NCBI GenBank assembly: GCA_963727775.1
Contig: CAVSHB010000004.1
Coordinates: 1-64,000 of the forward strand
DNA length: 64,000 bases
Source: an uncultured Nitrospiraceae bacterium
GTDB lineage: Bacteria > Nitrospirota > Thermodesulfovibrionia > Thermodesulfovibrionales > SM23-35
Direction of reading: 5' to 3'
Under the pieces are notes generated by a model. The model was not told the DNA's origin. It saw only the letters and a program-made list of their open reading frames with translations, and ran no database searches. Made by a program: the position numbers and the translations under genes. The first letter of the stretch is position 1. Each line of letters begins with the position of its first letter. Positions 59,412 to 64,000 of the stretch are shown here, in pieces.

Positions 59412-60193
59412 TTTTTATCATTACTCTTTAACGTATTTATTAAATAACCTTTTACGTCTTTTCTCGGCTGGCCATCGGCACATAACAGTTTATTGAATGA
59501 GTCAATAATCGTATTAGGAGAAATCTGTGACCATTCTATATAATCGTCATATGAATTCACCTTTGAGAGGGACCCATCAGGCTTATATTTAATACGGTAT
59601 CTGAGCGAAAAATTTCCGTTATTGCATTTTATGGTAAATTTATCTCTTTCCGACTCTTTTTTTGTATTTTTATTTACGGCCTTCATCCAGAAAGTTACGT
59701 TCAAATTGTTTACGGCCATTCCTCCGGTATTTAAAAAATAGTCATCGTCCTTTGTAGAAACAATATATTCCCATTCAACGGAACAGTATAGTTCATGCAA
59801 TATGTTCACTGCCGATTCTTGTGGTATGAAAAGCCACTCCGGATCTCTCCTGTTCAGACTGTCAATGGCTTTTCCGGCTGAGTCATAATAAGTGATAGAC
59901 CGGATTCTTGATCGTTTACCCGGACAGTCTATTTCAATAAGGTTCACAATGTCCGTCAAATCCGCGTATTTTTCTCCAAGCCTATCTTTTAGCCTTGTAA
60001 AGATCTGCTCACTGTAAACTTCCTTCTGTTTAACTTTCAGGGTACCCTCGGACTTTATAATATTTTCATTATCGAAATAGAAAATAATGTCATTCTTGCC
60101 TGGACCCAAATATTGCCAATTCGCAGCATTTACTAAAGCCGCTACAAAAATTAAGGGTAAGGCAAGAAATATTATTAATGCGCTTTTTCTCAT
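59408..60193 (-). CDS. Secreted protein with two surface-adhesin E-like domains
   Basis: Signal peptide; repeated W.Y...(E/T)I(D/K)C...Y...G...W..I.P...(L)C units. Confidence 0.6.
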   Translation of the reverse strand: MRKSALIIFLALPLIFVAALVNAANWQYLGPGKNDIIFYFDNENIIKSEGTLKVKQKEVYSEQIFTRLKDRLGEKYADLTDIVNLIEIDCPGKRSRIRSITYYDSAGKAIDSLNRRDPEWLFIPQESAVNILHELYCSVEWEYIVSTKDDDYFLNTGGMAVNNLNVTFWMKAVNKNTKKESERDKFTIKCNNGNFSLRYRIKYKPDGSLSKVNSYDDYIEWSQISPNTIIDSFNKLLCADGQPRKDVKGYLINTLKSNDKK

Positions 60194-60283
60194 CTTTTTA
60201 AGTTCTTTCTATTAGGTATTGTTTATCTTATAATCCTTATCCCGCATAATTCAATATACAAGAAAATTTCGTATAATCCGGAG

Positions 60284-61240
60284 CTATCTTGTCAAGGCAT
60301 TTGATGTCTGTTCTACCTGCTTCCACGTTTTATCAGGGTCATACTTTTTCATTGCCTTCGCAATCTCTTCCGTCTTCAGCCCGAGATTCTTTTCATACAC
60401 AATGCCCTCCTGGTTCACAATAAATGTCATGATCCCGGACACCCCGTATTGCGCAGGGTATGCCACTAATCCAAATCCGGCTGTCATTTTGCCGTTGGTC
60501 ACGTATTCCTGTTTACCCCCGGGGGCATTACTGCCCCGGCTTTTCAGGATCTTGAAATAATACCCGTAATATGGCTTATGCTTTTCGCCTTTTTTACCGA
60601 CAGTGTATCCTTCTTCCGTAGCACGGGCAACCAGGGGACCGAGGGGACTCCTGTCCTCTCCCGGTCCGACCTCCCAGTACAGACCATCCTTCTTGCCCTT
60701 GTTACTCACAAAATGTCGAGCGTATTGGAGCACTCCATCACCATTACGGTCCTTCCGGGCATATTCGCGTTGCGCATCTACATAAGCCAGAGCAACCTGA
60801 ATGGTATTTAATTCGTTTCTGCCTATCCTACGGTTTAAGATCTCCTGCTTTCCCTCTTCAGTGGAGAAGATCCATCCCTGCTCCGATTTCACAATGGGGA
60901 TAGGGAAAGGGCACTCGTCTTTTCCAATGACAGGCAGCATTGTCTTGTCGTCCAACTTCGAAAACTTGACCGCGTCCCCTGCTGTCTTGACAAAGCGCTC
61001 ACGGGCGCGCCTATCGGCAACCGCATCCCCTGAGGATACTATGTCTTTGCCTTCGGGTCCGAAGATAGCCGATAATTCTTCAACGTCATTGTTCTTGGTC
61101 GCCTCCACAAGCGCTTTAAATGCGTCTTCCGGGGACTTGAACCTTTTCTGCTTCGTATCTTGAGCATAGGTGAGAAAACTGATAAATGTTATTACAATCA
61201 TAGTCACAATGAAAACAGCTTTTGTTTTATATCTAAGCAT
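60284..61240 (-). CDS. DUF2950 family protein
   Basis: FKSPEDA, IFG, PIPIV, EILNRRIGRNEL, YVDAQ.EY, GLYW, PYYGYYFKIL, YGVSGIMTF. Confidence 0.88.
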   Translation of the reverse strand: MLRYKTKAVFIVTMIVITFISFLTYAQDTKQKRFKSPEDAFKALVEATKNNDVEELSAIFGPEGKDIVSSGDAVADRRARERFVKTAGDAVKFSKLDDKTMLPVIGKDECPFPIPIVKSEQGWIFSTEEGKQEILNRRIGRNELNTIQVALAYVDAQREYARKDRNGDGVLQYARHFVSNKGKKDGLYWEVGPGEDRSPLGPLVARATEEGYTVGKKGEKHKPYYGYYFKILKSRGSNAPGGKQEYVTNGKMTAGFGLVAYPAQYGVSGIMTFIVNQEGIVYEKNLGLKTEEIAKAMKKYDPDKTWKQVEQTSNALTR

Positions 61241-61332
61241 CGGCTTTGTCCTCCATATCAGTAATCTGATTGGTCCCTTGTTTGATTTCTGACCTAACAT
61301 AGTTGGTCTCCGTTGAAGCACAACACATTCTC

Positions 61333-62412
61333 TTAGTGTCTTGTTACTCCACCTCCACCACCGCCGCCACCATGGAATCCTGCGCCTCCACCGCCACCGC
61401 CATGAGAACCTCCTGCGCTGCCACGTCCTGCACCGGGCGTCATACCGGCTTTGGAGCGGCTCTGGAACCCACGGTCGCTCGAATTCCTTTCAAACTGGCT
61501 GTTAGGGGAGCGATCAAAAGCACTTGAGCGCGTCTCAGTCGGAGGTCCTGACGCACCATAGCCTCGATATTCTCTGTATGCTCCTGTAGCGGCACGTCCC
61601 TGGCTCTTATTGAGGATTGCTCGTGCCCCGTTTTTCGCGGAGGGTCCGGCCCCTACTGCGCCTGCCCTATCAGGAAACGTTCCGCCATGAAATCTGTTCG
61701 CCGGGTCGATACGAGATACCCTTCCTGTCTTGGGATCAGCGAAGTGATTGCTGACGCGTTTCCCATGGTCACGATGATGACCATGTCTATGCCTGTCTAC
61801 ATCAACATCAAAATCTACCAGGACAAAGAAACCGGGAAACCATACATCCCACCCCCAAAACGGATAAGGTACCCAGCTATACAAGTATGCATAATCAGGA
61901 GGCGGGGTATAGTAGGTGACCACAGGAGGTCCCTCCTCGTAATAATAATTATTTTCAACCGTAGAGTCAGGATAATCCGGGCCGGCCGCCTCGCCGTCTC
62001 CTCTGCCTGAACTATCCGCTTTCACAGACAGATTATACTCATTCATTGCACCCTGAAATATTTTCAGGGCCGCTTCTTTGTTCACTGCTATCTTGCCTGC
62101 CTCTGCCGCATCACTAATAGCACTCTGCAATTCTTCAGCAATGTCCGGCGTGACCGGGTAATCGGCAATCCAGCCGTTGCCGGGTGTGATATCGACAGCG
62201 GCCAATGCACTCTCCGCCTCGGTTTCGCTCTCCGCTGTCCCAAGCTTAAGCGCTTCAGCCAGTTTTAAAGCCAGGTCGCCTTCACGAATAAGCGGCTGTT
62301 CCAAAGGAGGGTTCCCGGCTGTTGTCTGCTCCGACTGTGCCATTGCAAGACCTGCCATCAGAAACAGACTGCCTGCAATGACAAAAAATGCTCTAATCAA
62401 TTTTATTTTCAT
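61333..62412 (-). CDS. Secreted protein with a Pro/Tyr/Trp-rich middle and Gly/Arg-rich tail
   Basis: Signal peptide, PPVVTYYTPPPDY..Y.WVPYPFW, GGGGG tail. Lies upstream of DUF2950. Confidence 0.7.
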   Translation of the reverse strand: MKIKLIRAFFVIAGSLFLMAGLAMAQSEQTTAGNPPLEQPLIREGDLALKLAEALKLGTAESETEAESALAAVDITPGNGWIADYPVTPDIAEELQSAISDAAEAGKIAVNKEAALKIFQGAMNEYNLSVKADSSGRGDGEAAGPDYPDSTVENNYYYEEGPPVVTYYTPPPDYAYLYSWVPYPFWGWDVWFPGFFVLVDFDVDVDRHRHGHHRDHGKRVSNHFADPKTGRVSRIDPANRFHGGTFPDRAGAVGAGPSAKNGARAILNKSQGRAATGAYREYRGYGASGPPTETRSSAFDRSPNSQFERNSSDRGFQSRSKAGMTPGAGRGSAGGSHGGGGGGAGFHGGGGGGGGVTRH

Positions 62413-62616
62413 AACAATTTTGTCCTCCTTCACATCGGTACTTAATATAGATTATATCACTATATTGTTAAGGAACAAGTGGCGGGAATGTATTAAGAAT
62501 GGAACGGCTTAACAATTCAAACTTTCTTCATCAAATAAGCACACCGGCTATTATTCACTGAGCGCTGATTAGACCTAAAAATCCGCACTCTCATCATTTG
62601 GCGCATGCAAAGCCAC

Positions 62617-63258
62617 ACCGTAAACCTTTATTCATCAAGGCTTAGCTTCTCACGAAAAAAATCAACCTGGATCGCCATGCGGGCTTCCGTTTCGGTCTCA
62701 ATCCTTTATTCATCAAGGCTTAGGTTCTCACATAGATAAGATCACAGACTACCTGGTCTTTATTTAAGTCTCAATCCTTTATTCATCAAGGCTTAGGTTC
62801 TCACTTATCCCGATCGCGCTCAAGGGAGTTGCATATCGGGGTCTCAATCCTTTATTCATCAAGGCTTAGGTTCTCACTTGAACGGAACTCCTTTTGATTT
62901 CAGTATATTCAGTCTCAATCCTTTATTCATCAAGGCTTAGGTTCTCACCCCAAAGCAGGTGATTTCATAATCGTAACTTATTGATTTAGCGTCTCAATCC
63001 TTTATTCATCAAGGCTTAGGTTCTCACGAAGCGAGCATTTCCAGATGTACCCCGGTGGATATACGTCTCAATCCTTTATTCATCAAGGCTTAGGTTCTCA
63101 CCATCAAAGGCGGGGATTGCCGATGCGGATTTTTACAGGTCTCAATCCTTTATTCATCAAGGCTTAGGTTCTCACCTAAAGGATTACATGGCTCGCCATG
63201 GCTTATTGTGTTCAAATCAATGTCTCAATCCTTTATTCATCAAGGCTTAGGTTCTCAC
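62617..63258 (-). CRISPR. CRISPR array: 8 identical 37-bp repeats + 1 degenerate, 8 spacers of 34-46 bp
   Basis: Plus-strand repeat GTCTCAATCCTTTATTCATCAAGGCTTAGGTTCTCAC at 62695, 62768, 62841, 62912, 62991, 63065, 63139 and 63222, with a degenerate copy at 62617. The minus strand ends ATTGAGAC. Confidence 0.97.
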
Positions 63259-63269
63259 GACAAGGAAGC

Positions 63270-63588
63270 TAGGAGTCTGTCGGACTTTCAACATTTCTGA
63301 AAAGTTTACTTCTTGAAGGACACGGCAGTCTCTTAAGAACCTTTATTGCAAACTGGGCAGCAGAAATCTTTTCGGCCTGTAATTATCTAAGTCCGACAGA
63401 CCTGCATGGGCGTTCCTTATGGCATAATAGACAAGCGGCATAAGAATGAACAACAGGAGATCAGCATAATGTTCAAACAATGTGACAGAGAGACGATATA
63501 TTTATTTCCGCCGTCGGTGCAGGAATGGTTGCCCGAGGGTCACTTGGCGAGATTTGTCGTAGAGATAGTGGATCAGCTTAATCTTGAC
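63270..63588 (+). mobile_element. IS1182-family element, left end and N-terminal transposase fragment (ATG 63469)
   Basis: CTAGGAGTCTGTCGGACTT with inner IR AAGTCCGACAGAC. ORF reads LFPPSVQEWLPEGHLARFVVEIVDQLNL. Confidence 0.78.
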
Positions 63589-63676
63589 CGGTTGAAACGT
63601 ATTTTCTTTTTAAAAACTACGAGGAACTCCATATGCTGCAATGATTTGAAGGCGATTTCTAATTTCAAGAAAATGG

Positions 63677-64000
63677 CTACAATTTTACCTTGAGCAGATC
63701 AAGAATCTTTTGCTGACTGTTATCCGGGGTGCAAACAATTCGGCACGAAGAGCCCTGCACTTGAAGTCTCTGCCTTCTCAGGCTCTTTAATCTCTCAATC
63801 ACATACTCAAATGTCCATCTGCGGTGTTTATTTTTTCCGTCAGACTGAAACAGAGGCTTTAGTCTCTGATTCATATGCCACTGCAAGTAGTAGGCAAGCA
63901 TGCAAAGAAACACATGACAGCGGATTCGGTCGTCGGTCTTGTGATAAACGGGCCGCACCTCAAGCTGTACGCTCTTTAAGTTCCGAAACGCCTGTTCTAC
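63677..64000 (-). CDS. IS1634-family transposase, C-terminal part (runs off the window)
   Basis: FRNLKSVQLEVRPVYHKTDDRIRCHVFLCMLAYYL...QQKILDLL. Confidence 0.85.
   Translation of the reverse strand, partial: VEQAFRNLKSVQLEVRPVYHKTDDRIRCHVFLCMLAYYLQWHMNQRLKPLFQSDGKNKHRRWTFEYVIERLKSLRRQRLQVQGSSCRIVCTPDNSQQKILDLLKVKL

Noticed and set aside
62654..63221. Self-targeting CRISPR spacers
   Set aside because: No match to this window noticed by eye; not exhaustive, needs BLASTN.

Overview
Bacterial genomic window (host probably a Nitrospirota/deltaproteobacteria-like anaerobe; this is inference from gene content only). It has two mobile-element-rich accessory zones around a housekeeping/energy core. 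(i) 1-2020: a class D-like group II intron inserted in an IS3-family transposase, cut off by what looks like the end of a tyrosine-recombinase (RIT-like) element. (ii) 6270-17960: an integron cassette array with no integrase gene in the window (5 attC sites, attI-like region). It carries a TPR + nucleoside-deoxyribosyltransferase-like gene and a PD-(D/E)XK-like gene, and is hit by IS200, ISL3 and an attC-inserted IS110/IS1111 element, with two IS256 copies at its distal end. The 3' non-coding region of the IS110 shows a two-module bridge/seek-RNA-like structure whose guide positions match the element's own circle junction and the attC target. (iii) 18010-26892: fabD, etfBA, exeAB, an HD-GYP regulator and adenine deaminase. 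(iv) 27213-51906: one co-directional, largely overlapping run gnd-tkt-tal-zwf-pgl-nuoA..N-Rieske-cytochrome b/c-flavin disulfide reductase, in which both pentose-phosphate dehydrogenases carry NAD-type signatures. (v) 51988-55633: a RIT remnant and a 3.25-kb TGT...ACA element with two DDE integrases and two paralogous HTH genes. (vi) 55634-62412: CCG/DedA, YdjY, a diguanylate cyclase and secreted proteins. (vii) 62617-64000: a 9-repeat CRISPR array with no cas genes in the window, abutted by nested IS1182 and IS1634 fragments. No rRNA or tRNA genes were recognised. All calls are from motif reading, not database searches.
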